A DNA stretch of 32,000 nucleotides from Candidatus Saccharimonadota bacterium (GCA_022843095.1 JALHOH010000002.1:150001-182000), one strand, 5' to 3'; counted from the first letter of the stretch, positions 1-6,459 are shown. Numbers and translations: made by a program. Notes: a model not told the origin generated them from the sequence alone.

Positions 1-326
1 TCTCCCCGCTGCACAAGCTTCAGCTCGTGGACGGATGCCTCTACTTCGCGCAACGTCGCCTCCATCTGCTTCACACGTGCATGCACGAACGAAGACAACC
101 GTTCCGGCGATTCCGCCTGAAACAACTTCTTCTTCCCCTTCTCCACCGAACTCATGAGACCGACCCGCGTAAGCGATTCAATAACGGCGTAGGTGGTCAC
201 GCGAGAGACCTTCGCCTTCTTTGCTAGCACCTGCACCGTAGACGCCCCAAGCTCAAGCGCAGAAAGATACACCTGCGCTTCGCTTTCCGAAAACCCCATG
301 GAACGTAATGTTTTGACCCATTGCAT
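1..326 (-). CDS. TrmB-family winged-helix transcriptional regulator; only the N-terminal ~108 aa are in the window and the gene runs off the left edge
   Basis: Hand translation of the minus strand from ATG at 326-324 gives MQWVKTLRSMGFSESEAQVYLSALELGASTVQVLAKKAKVSRVTTYAVIESLTRVGLMSSVEKGKKKLFQAESPERL... with no stops to position 1. The LGxSExEAxVYxxLLxxG...VY..L..L...GL pattern is the typical TrmB N-terminal HTH. It is absent from the ORF track because it is truncated by the window edge. Confidence 0.7.
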   Translation of the reverse strand, partial: MQWVKTLRSMGFSESEAQVYLSALELGASTVQVLAKKAKVSRVTTYAVIESLTRVGLMSSVEKGKKKLFQAESPERLSSFVHARVKQMEATLREVEASVHELKLVQRG

Positions 327-419
327 ATACAGAGGATCATATCGCGTTCTCCCCGCAAAGGATAGTCTCCCCATTGACCAATCTTCGGTTTCTTGCTTCT
401 CTTTCTGCAGGAGGAACCC

Positions 420-866
420 ATGGAAAACCCGCCTCGTTTCTTTCTCCATCAGAACATGGTCCCAGCCGCGCTCCGCGACGGCATCCAACGCCTGTTCGGC
501 CTTCCGAACTTCGACCCGCTCCCCTCTATCGAGCATCCGCCGCAGTACCTCATCGTCTGCGTGAAGCTCGCCGAGCTTCCCTGCACCTACCCCCTGAACG
601 TCCGGGGGTTCGAGGAGCGTCCGATGGGATCAAGCGACGGCCGTGCCTTCAAACGGGAGCTCCAGGATGCGCTGAAGGACGGCCTTGTGACGACGCAGGC
701 CACGAGGGAGCACTACCGCTTCTCCGTCGTGGATCGTGGCACCGAGGCGGTCTTCGAGCTCGTGCTGGGTACCTTTGACCCGGACACGAACGTCCGGACA
801 CCCGCAACCAAGCTCGTCTCCCTTCACCTTCTCTGCAAGGGACTGGTCTCCATCCCGATGCTCTAA
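420..866 (+). CDS. hypothetical protein (148 aa), no recognisable family
   Basis: ORF 393..866. The internal ATG at 420 is preceded by GCAGGAGG (about 408-414) at good SD spacing. Amino-acid composition is protein-like, and a strong terminator hairpin follows directly. It is divergent from the TrmB-like gene. Confidence 0.6.
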   Translation: MENPPRFFLHQNMVPAALRDGIQRLFGLPNFDPLPSIEHPPQYLIVCVKLAELPCTYPLNVRGFEERPMGSSDGRAFKRELQDALKDGLVTTQATREHYRFSVVDRGTEAVFELVLGTFDPDTNVRTPATKLVSLHLLCKGLVSIPML

Positions 867-872
867 CCAAAA

Positions 873-904
873 CCCCCGCCAACTTGCGGGGGTTTCTTTG
901 TTTT
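873..904. terminator. bidirectional intrinsic terminator between the 420..866 gene and nrdA
   Basis: Stem CCCCCGC / loop caactt / stem GCGGGGG, flanked by AAA on the left and TTTCTTTGTTTT on the right. It reads as a hairpin plus U-tract on both strands. Confidence 0.75.
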
Positions 905-913
905 ACTCTCACT

Positions 914-2884
914 TCATTGGCACACCGCGCATTCTTCCGTCGCGATATCTCGCTTTTGCGTCTCCTGCGTGATCTTTGTTGCCTCAATAGGCGCGCTGGA
1001 ACGGAGGTAGTAAAGCGACTTCATTCCCAGTTTCCATGCAAGCAGGTGCACATCATGCAGATATTTCCCCGAGATCGGCGTCTGGAAGAACAGGTTGATG
1101 GACTGCGCCTGATCGATCCACGGCTGGCGATCCGCCGCCTGCTGCACGATCTCGCGCATATTCATCTCATACGCCGTTCGGAACACTTTGCGCTCTTCCT
1201 CGGACAGCCCCGGCACATTGATGACGCTCCCCTTGTCCGCGATGATCTGCTTCCACACCTCCGGCGCATTCATCCCTTTCTTCGCAAGCAGTTGATCGAG
1301 GTACTTGTTTTTGACAAGGAAACTCCCCGACAACGTCTTCTGCAAATACGCGTTCCCCGAGATGGGCTCGACGCACGGTGTCGCCTCCCCACAGATAAAC
1401 GCCGTAGACGCGGTTGGCTGGACACTCGTCACATACGTGTTGCGACGCGTGCCTCCATCCAACGGAAGTCCGCGTTCCTTCCCCAGCCGTTCGGACGCCT
1501 TCCGCGCATACGTCCCGATCCGTTCAAAGATCTGCTTGTTGATGAGCCGTGCCTGCAAACTTTCAAACGGCACCATCTTGGACATGAGATAGCCGTGGTA
1601 TCCCATCACCCCAAGCCCGATGGAACGTTCGTGCTTCACGGAATTGATGGACTTTCTATATTCCACCCCATCCGCCATCTCGCAAAACGTGTCCAAGTTG
1701 TTATCCAACGCCTTCACACACAAATAGGCGATCTCCTCGACCTCATCTTTCCATTCCTCAAACGTTTCGAGGTTCAAGTTTCCCAGACAGCACACCGCCG
1801 TACGATCGTTCGTCGTGGGCAACACGATTTCGGTGCAAAGGTTGCTTTGACGCACAAACAGCCCCTTCTCCTGATGGTGCGCCGGCACCGCCTTGTTCAC
1901 GGTATCGATAAACAAGAGATACGGCTCCCCGGTTTCTGCACGGATCGTCAGGATCTTGCGCCAGATGTCGAGCGCCGGAAGTTCCTTTGTGACGGTCTGA
2001 TAGTGCGGATCGATCAATTGATACGTCGTCCCTTCTTCCACGGCCTTCATGAACGCATCCGTCAGCACAACGCCATGGTTGATGTTCAAGCACCGACGAT
2101 CCGGGTCGCCCCCCGTCGGCTTGCGCACTTCCAAAAAGTCCTCGATGTCCGGGTGATCCACGCGAAGGTAGGCGGCCGCCGCCCCACGTCGGTGGGAATT
2201 GCGCGAGATGGCAAGCGTTTCCGAGTCCATGATCTTCAAAAACGGAATCACCCCGCTCGACTTCAATCCACTCGCCTTCAAAGGCGCATTCTGTCCACGC
2301 AGCTGCGACCAATCCGTCCCAATCCCCCCACCAAACTTCGCCAGAAAGGCGTTCTCGCGATACACGTCAAAAATCCCTTCCAACGTATCCGGGACCGTGT
2401 TCAAGAAACAGCTGATGCAAAGCCCCTTGTTCGTCCCAATGTTCATGAGCACCGGCGTTGCAGGGATAAACCAGTTCTTCGCCATGATGTCGTAGAGCTT
2501 CTGCGCAAATGCCGCATCTCCACGCGCCATCCCCGTTGCCACGCGCGCAAAAAACGTCTGCGGATTTTCACAGATCTCCCCGTTCTTATCCCGCAAGAAA
2601 TAGCGATCCCGCAGGTTTTCCATCCCGAAGTAGGTGATGTGATCCATCGCCTTTGGGTTGAACACGATGGATTCCTGAATCGCGCGCTCTGCCGTGTAGT
2701 GCGGACTGTCCCAACTCCCCTTCCCTTCGGTCTTTGCGAGGATCTCTTCCAACAAAAGATCCCGCGCCGCGACAAGATCGTTGTTTGAGAGGGCGTCGAT
2801 CACGCTTGCGTAGCGTGGCGCCTCCTTGGTTTGCATAGCTTGCATACGAAGAAAAAAATGAACGGGAGTAAAGATTAGGACCAA
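914..2884 (-). CDS. nrdA: class I ribonucleotide reductase large (alpha) subunit, lacking an N-terminal ATP-cone
   Basis: 656-aa ORF with the class I active-site motif SNLCTEI, the GGGIG loop-like FGGGIGTDWS, and a C-terminal redox pair ECAVCQ. It sits adjacent to an R2 gene. The true start is probably an internal Met (MQAMQTK, at 2845 or 2836), because the 2884 start overlaps the nrdB stop by 10 nt. Confidence 0.9.
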   Translation of the reverse strand: MVLIFTPVHFFLRMQAMQTKEAPRYASVIDALSNNDLVAARDLLLEEILAKTEGKGSWDSPHYTAERAIQESIVFNPKAMDHITYFGMENLRDRYFLRDKNGEICENPQTFFARVATGMARGDAAFAQKLYDIMAKNWFIPATPVLMNIGTNKGLCISCFLNTVPDTLEGIFDVYRENAFLAKFGGGIGTDWSQLRGQNAPLKASGLKSSGVIPFLKIMDSETLAISRNSHRRGAAAAYLRVDHPDIEDFLEVRKPTGGDPDRRCLNINHGVVLTDAFMKAVEEGTTYQLIDPHYQTVTKELPALDIWRKILTIRAETGEPYLLFIDTVNKAVPAHHQEKGLFVRQSNLCTEIVLPTTNDRTAVCCLGNLNLETFEEWKDEVEEIAYLCVKALDNNLDTFCEMADGVEYRKSINSVKHERSIGLGVMGYHGYLMSKMVPFESLQARLINKQIFERIGTYARKASERLGKERGLPLDGGTRRNTYVTSVQPTASTAFICGEATPCVEPISGNAYLQKTLSGSFLVKNKYLDQLLAKKGMNAPEVWKQIIADKGSVINVPGLSEEERKVFRTAYEMNMREIVQQAADRQPWIDQAQSINLFFQTPISGKYLHDVHLLAWKLGMKSLYYLRSSAPIEATKITQETQKRDIATEECAVCQ

Positions 2885-3840
2885 TCCAGGACCACCGCAC
2901 CTTTTGCGTATTCCGTCGCGCGATTCTCAAAGAAGTTCGTGTGCTCCTTGGCATTGATCATGACATCCAACCAATCCAACGGATTCGTGGCGTTATAGTG
3001 CTTATCCATCCCCAGATCGTTTAGCTTGCGATCGGCAATGTAGCGGATGTACGCCTTCACCTGCTCTGGCTGAAGACCGGGCACCGCCCCCATGGCAAAG
3101 CAGGTGTCGATGAATGCATCTTCCAAGCGCACCATGTCATCGCACGCAGCAAGCAACGTGGCGCGGAGCTTATCCGTCCACAGATGCTTATTCTCGCGCA
3201 TCAGGTCGCGGAAGAGATGACAGACACCCGTCGAGTGCAAGGATTCGTCACGGATGCTCCAGGTGACGATCTGCCCGACCCCCTTCAACTTCCCAAGACG
3301 CGGGAAGTTCATCAGGATCGCAAACGAGGAAAAGAGACTTACGCCTTCCATGAATCCACCGAATACCGCGAGGTTCACGGCCAGCTCTTCCACGGAATGG
3401 ATGTCGAACGTTTGGATGTACTGATACTTATTCCGCATGGATTCGTACTCCAAGAACGCGGAATACTCTTTTTCCGGCAATCCAAGCGAGTCGTTCAGGT
3501 ACGAATACGCCCACACATGAATGCTCTCCATCGCGGCAAACGCGGAAAGCATCATCTTGATCTCGGGCTTTGGAAACTGCGGGATCAATCGCGTGTTGTA
3601 GTTATTGTTCACTTCAATGTCGCCCTGCGTAAAAAAACGCAGGATGTTGTTGATGAGCGACATTTCTTGCGGCGAAAGCTTAAACCGATAATCGGAGATA
3701 TCCGACTCCATCGGCACTTCCGTCGGCAGCCAATGTGCCTGGTTCTGCTTCTTGAAATACTCAAAATATTGCGGATATTCGAACGGCCGGTAGAACTGCC
3801 GGTGCGTCAACATGGGGCACGCCCCCAGTAATTGGCTCAT
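2875..3840 (-). CDS. nrdB: class I ribonucleotide reductase small (beta, R2) subunit
   Basis: 321-aa ORF with di-metal ligand motifs: QGD...; ESIHVWAY (ExxH with Tyr at +4, the radical-tyrosine position); FMEGVSLF; and RDESLHS (ExxH). Confidence 0.9.
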   Translation of the reverse strand: MSQLLGACPMLTHRQFYRPFEYPQYFEYFKKQNQAHWLPTEVPMESDISDYRFKLSPQEMSLINNILRFFTQGDIEVNNNYNTRLIPQFPKPEIKMMLSAFAAMESIHVWAYSYLNDSLGLPEKEYSAFLEYESMRNKYQYIQTFDIHSVEELAVNLAVFGGFMEGVSLFSSFAILMNFPRLGKLKGVGQIVTWSIRDESLHSTGVCHLFRDLMRENKHLWTDKLRATLLAACDDMVRLEDAFIDTCFAMGAVPGLQPEQVKAYIRYIADRKLNDLGMDKHYNATNPLDWLDVMINAKEHTNFFENRATEYAKGAVVLDWS

Positions 3841-3861
3841 AGGAGAATCAACGCACAGGAA

Positions 3862-4770
3862 TTAGAGAAGCGACGGGGTCGACACGCTCGCATCAAAGGC
3901 GCCTTCTTGTTTGCCTCCAGGCACCATACCGATCGCTTGGCGTTCTTCGGGGGTCAAAAACTTCAGCGCAAGATAGCGGAAGATGTAATCCATCACGGAC
4001 GACGCTTCCGGGATATTCATGTTCTTGGTGGGACCGTTCGGCGCAAAGCGGGTGTCCGTAAACTTATTTGCAAGCACTTTGAGCGGAACGCCGTATTGGA
4101 GTCCGATCGAGATGGCCGTCGCAAAAGCGTCCATGAATCCAGAAAGTTCGGTTCCTTCTTTGCTCATTTTAAGAAAGATTTCGCCGGGCTGACCGTCATC
4201 GTACAACCCAACCGTCAAATACCCTTCTTGATCGCCCACCTGAAATTTATGCGTGAGCGCCTTGCGTTCTTCAGGCAACCGTCGGCGCCGCGCGGTGTAC
4301 GTTTCTCCGGTGTTCGTGGTGGACATAGGCTTAGGTTCAGACGTTTCAAGAACAGGGGTACTCACAGGGGGCATCGGCGGACGAACGGGTGTTGGTGCCG
4401 CAGGAGCAGGGACGCGCTTTCCGTGATAGGCCTCCTTTACCGCCAATTCTCCCCGCTCGGTCAGCACCGCATCCACGGCTGTCGCCACATCTTCCGTGGA
4501 AGGAACGCTCGCGCCATTAAATGCCGATTGCAAGCGCGTAAAGACCTCTTCCGTCACCGTACGCGCCGTGAATTCATCCGGTTTGCCCGCCGCATCAAAG
4601 GCGCGAATGATGGAGGTTTCCAAAACCAGCAGATCGAACTCCATCTCTTCTCCACCTTGGCGACGCACGCGTTTTAGCGCCGTGACGTAATTCCACAACG
4701 CGTTTGCCGCATCTGCCGCGTGTGACGCCGCTGCTCCGATCCCCGCAGAAAGACGATCCCCCTTTTTCAT
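3862..4770 (-). CDS. ATP-cone-like domain, Pro-rich linker, then a domain homologous to the C-terminal (TSCPD-type) region of class II RNR; first gene of the nrd operon
   Basis: N-terminal RVRRQGGEEMEFDLLVLETSIIRAFDAAG...STEDVATAVDAVLTERGELAVKEAYHGKR follows the ATP-cone pattern (v.KrdG..e.Fd..Ki..si..A ... i.d.Ve..L ... aY). C-terminal RLPEERKALTHKFQVGDQEGYLTVGLYDDGQPGEIFLKMSKEGTELSGFMDAFATAISIGLQYGVPLKVLANKFTDTRFAPNGPT..IPEASSVMDYIFRYLA matches my recollection of the conserved NrdJ C-terminal block (LP..R.G.T.K..VGG.K.YL.TGEY.DG.LGEIFIDMHKEG...). The start is set at the ATG of MKKGD (residue 45 of ORF 3862..4902). The GTG at 4902 and the ATG at 4797 remain possible. Confidence 0.7.
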   Translation of the reverse strand: MKKGDRLSAGIGAAASHAADAANALWNYVTALKRVRRQGGEEMEFDLLVLETSIIRAFDAAGKPDEFTARTVTEEVFTRLQSAFNGASVPSTEDVATAVDAVLTERGELAVKEAYHGKRVPAPAAPTPVRPPMPPVSTPVLETSEPKPMSTTNTGETYTARRRRLPEERKALTHKFQVGDQEGYLTVGLYDDGQPGEIFLKMSKEGTELSGFMDAFATAISIGLQYGVPLKVLANKFTDTRFAPNGPTKNMNIPEASSVMDYIFRYLALKFLTPEERQAIGMVPGGKQEGAFDASVSTPSLL

Positions 4771-4912
4771 ACGTAGATACACTTCAAAGACCAGCATGCG
4801 ACATGCCGGCACGAGAACAAAGTAAAACAAGGATGCGAAAGAAACTGGCGCGGGAGCGGCCCGACCCCGGACGGTCAGGCATTGGCGTGTGCTCCGATCC
4901 ACTCTCCTTCAG

Positions 4913-4960
4913 ACACCAGATCTTGTGGTGCACACTTTATGGTAGCACAAGATCTTGCGT
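4913..4960. promoter_or_regulatory. two tandem NrdR-box-like 16-bp imperfect palindromes upstream of the nrd operon
   Basis: Box 1 is ACACCAGATCTTGTGG (about 4913-4928). Box 2 is GCACAAGATCTTGCGT (about 4945-4960). They are 12/16 identical to each other and match 12/16 and 11/16 of the published NrdR consensus acaCwAtATaTwGtgt. Start-to-start spacing is 32 bp, about three helical turns. Confidence 0.6.
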
Positions 4961-4994
4961 CTGAAAGGCCAATGTTTTCAAGGGTTTTTGGCCG

Positions 4995-5003
4995 TGTGGA
5001 TAA
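4995..5003. promoter_or_regulatory. perfect consensus DnaA box (TGTGGATAA = TTATCCACA) upstream of the nrd operon
   Basis: An exact 9-mer read in the sequence, about 35 bp upstream (in gene orientation) of the distal NrdR-like box. It is a single copy, so a chance occurrence is not excluded. Confidence 0.35.
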
Positions 5004-5013
5004 CCCGTCCGCG

Positions 5014-5595
5014 TCAAAATCCAAGCGACAAGTTAATGGGGGGACGCGTGGTTTGGGAGGGCGGTTCAATCGGGAGTGGCAACATCTGCTTTTGCCCCTG
5101 ACGATCCATGAACGCGATCTCCCCAAACTGCAACGCATGTTCATAGACGTCTCGCGTCACCTTCACGTCCTGGAGACAATAGTCCTTCAACTTTTCGATC
5201 TCCCCCTTTTTCCAGAACTCCACGGCTTGCAACCCATGCCCAGACTTCCCAACCCCAAGCGTTGCCTGTGCCACGTCATCCAACTTGATGCGAAACCCCA
5301 ACCGCTTTTCGATCTCCGCAAGGAGGTCAAGCGACGGGAGACGGGAAAAATCGCCGGTGTAGTAGGACTGCAAACACGGGTAATCGAATCCGATGGTGTT
5401 GTAGCCCACGATCCGATCCGCACGCTCAAGGCGCGGCCAGAGCTTTGGCAAATCTTCTTCCAAGAACGCCTCAAATGTATCCGTTTCGTAAAAATACACC
5501 CCCACAAGCGACACCTGCAGCAGGGACGGGTTATACGCCCCCACATCCTGAAAGGTGTTGCGGGTTTCGATATCGAGGACAACTTCGCGTCGCAT
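5014..5595 (-). CDS. RNase H-fold 3'-5' exonuclease (DEDDy, PolB-exonuclease-like)
   Basis: ORF 5014..5652. It carries an Exo I-like VVLDIETRN, an Exo II-like IVGYNTIGFDYPCL, and an Exo III-like KDYCLQDVKVTRDVYEH (YxxxD). The start is placed at the Met of MRREVVLDIET (residue 20). Met13 (5616) or the TTG at 5652 are alternatives. Confidence 0.75.
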   Translation of the reverse strand: MRREVVLDIETRNTFQDVGAYNPSLLQVSLVGVYFYETDTFEAFLEEDLPKLWPRLERADRIVGYNTIGFDYPCLQSYYTGDFSRLPSLDLLAEIEKRLGFRIKLDDVAQATLGVGKSGHGLQAVEFWKKGEIEKLKDYCLQDVKVTRDVYEHALQFGEIAFMDRQGQKQMLPLPIEPPSQTTRPPINLSLGF

Positions 5596-5652
5596 AGGTT
5601 CGGCGCAGAGGAACATAGCATGCGCTCCGCCCGAGAGGGAGAGGGTTGTCAA

Positions 5653-5687
5653 ACCTCCGAAGATACGCTACACATTTTTGCGGAGGT
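5653..5687 (+). promoter_or_regulatory. inverted repeat pairing an anti-SD (ACCUCCG) with the SD (CGGAGGU) of the 5691 gene
   Basis: ACCTCCG (5653-5659), a 21-nt loop, then CGGAGGT (5681-5687), which ends 3 nt before the ATG at 5691. Confidence 0.3.
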
Positions 5688-5690
5688 CGC

Positions 5691-6383
5691 ATGAACATTC
5701 CATCGAATGAGATGCAAACAAAGCTACGAGATCCTCGGATCCTGATCTTCCGCGGAGGCGACGCGGAGCGCGATCGTCCTGCGTGGGTCACGTTCTACCA
5801 GGACCTGAGTCGCATCGGTTGCGACACGACGGCGAGCAACCTCACCACGCGCACCGAACCCGGGAAAAGCCTTTCTAGGGATTGGATTGAACGCACCCTG
5901 GAAGCGCTTTGGACCTCGAACGAGGATGCACGCGTGATTCTCTGCGTCTGGGTGGATGGCTTTAGCATCAACCACCTTGCGCAATGGATCACGTCTCTGG
6001 GGGATAAACCCGGGATCGTGGGAAAAAAGCTTCTCGAACAACCCATCCTGTGCCTCGTCCGCGAAGCGGACGTCATAACCACTGGCTTCTCTTCCATCAT
6101 GATGGGAAAGGGGCATCGGTTCGGGACCGGTCCAAAACAGTCTCGAGCAAAACGGGTGTACCTGTATCCCCTGCGACTGACCGGGCTTCGGGAGGAGGAA
6201 GAACGGGCGTTGCGCAACTATCTCCTGGTGCAACTCACCATGGCGCAAGCGGATGCAGAAGCCGCCTCCCACATCTCTTCGATGTCCTTTCAGGCGGTTC
6301 GTCCAAACTCCTCCGCCGACGAAACCCGACCCGTTCCCGCCATCCGCGTGGAAACGAATCCGGATCCGCCGGCAAAGAAATAG
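5691..6383 (+). CDS. hypothetical protein (230 aa), no recognisable family
   Basis: ORF 5646..6383. The ATG at 5691 is preceded by GGAGG (5682-5686). Alternating hydrophobic-strand and helix-like segments (ILIFRGGD, VILCVWVDGFS, ILCLVREADV) suggest an alpha/beta fold. It has its own intrinsic terminator. Confidence 0.6.
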   Translation: MNIPSNEMQTKLRDPRILIFRGGDAERDRPAWVTFYQDLSRIGCDTTASNLTTRTEPGKSLSRDWIERTLEALWTSNEDARVILCVWVDGFSINHLAQWITSLGDKPGIVGKKLLEQPILCLVREADVITTGFSSIMMGKGHRFGTGPKQSRAKRVYLYPLRLTGLREEEERALRNYLLVQLTMAQADAEAASHISSMSFQAVRPNSSADETRPVPAIRVETNPDPPAKK

Positions 6384-6387
6384 CCGG

Positions 6388-6417
6388 AACACACTCCACT
6401 CTGAGTGTGTTTTTTAT
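6388..6417 (+). terminator. intrinsic terminator of the 5691..6383 gene
   Basis: Stem AACACACTC / loop cactct / stem GAGTGTGTT, followed by TTTTAT, starting 5 nt after the stop codon. Confidence 0.7.
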
Positions 6418-6459
6418 ATGAAAAAACCCTCCCGAGGAACGAGAAGGTTAGAGATCGCC

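Noticed and set aside
884-2788. 634-aa plus-strand ORF antisense to nrdA
   Set aside because: It lies entirely inside the well-supported nrdA gene. The product is extremely Arg/His/Leu-rich with no motif, as expected for a stop-poor antisense frame of a GC-rich gene.
3184-4677. Plus-strand ORFs 3184..3831 and 3832..4677, antisense to nrdB and the ATP-cone/TSCPD gene
   Set aside because: They are shadow ORFs of the supported minus-strand genes, with no SD and Arg-rich, junk-like sequences.
4900-4902. GTG at 4902 as the true start of the ATP-cone/TSCPD gene because of the adjacent GAAGGAGA
   Set aside because: The SD-to-start spacing is only about 1 nt, and the encoded first 44 residues look non-protein-like. 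It is kept as an open question in the findings rather than as the called start.
4771-4912. Possible cobalamin riboswitch in the nrd leader (B12 riboswitches precede class I nrd genes in some bacteria)
   Set aside because: The leader is too short (about 140 nt), and I could not find the B12-box (GCCACUG-type core) or the other conserved cobalamin-riboswitch elements.
4995-5003. Replication origin suggested by the perfect DnaA box
   Set aside because: There is only one exact box. The other TTATCCAC-like matches (for example about 15468) lie inside coding sequence and are not clustered. No AT-rich unwinding element or dnaA/dnaN neighbourhood is present.
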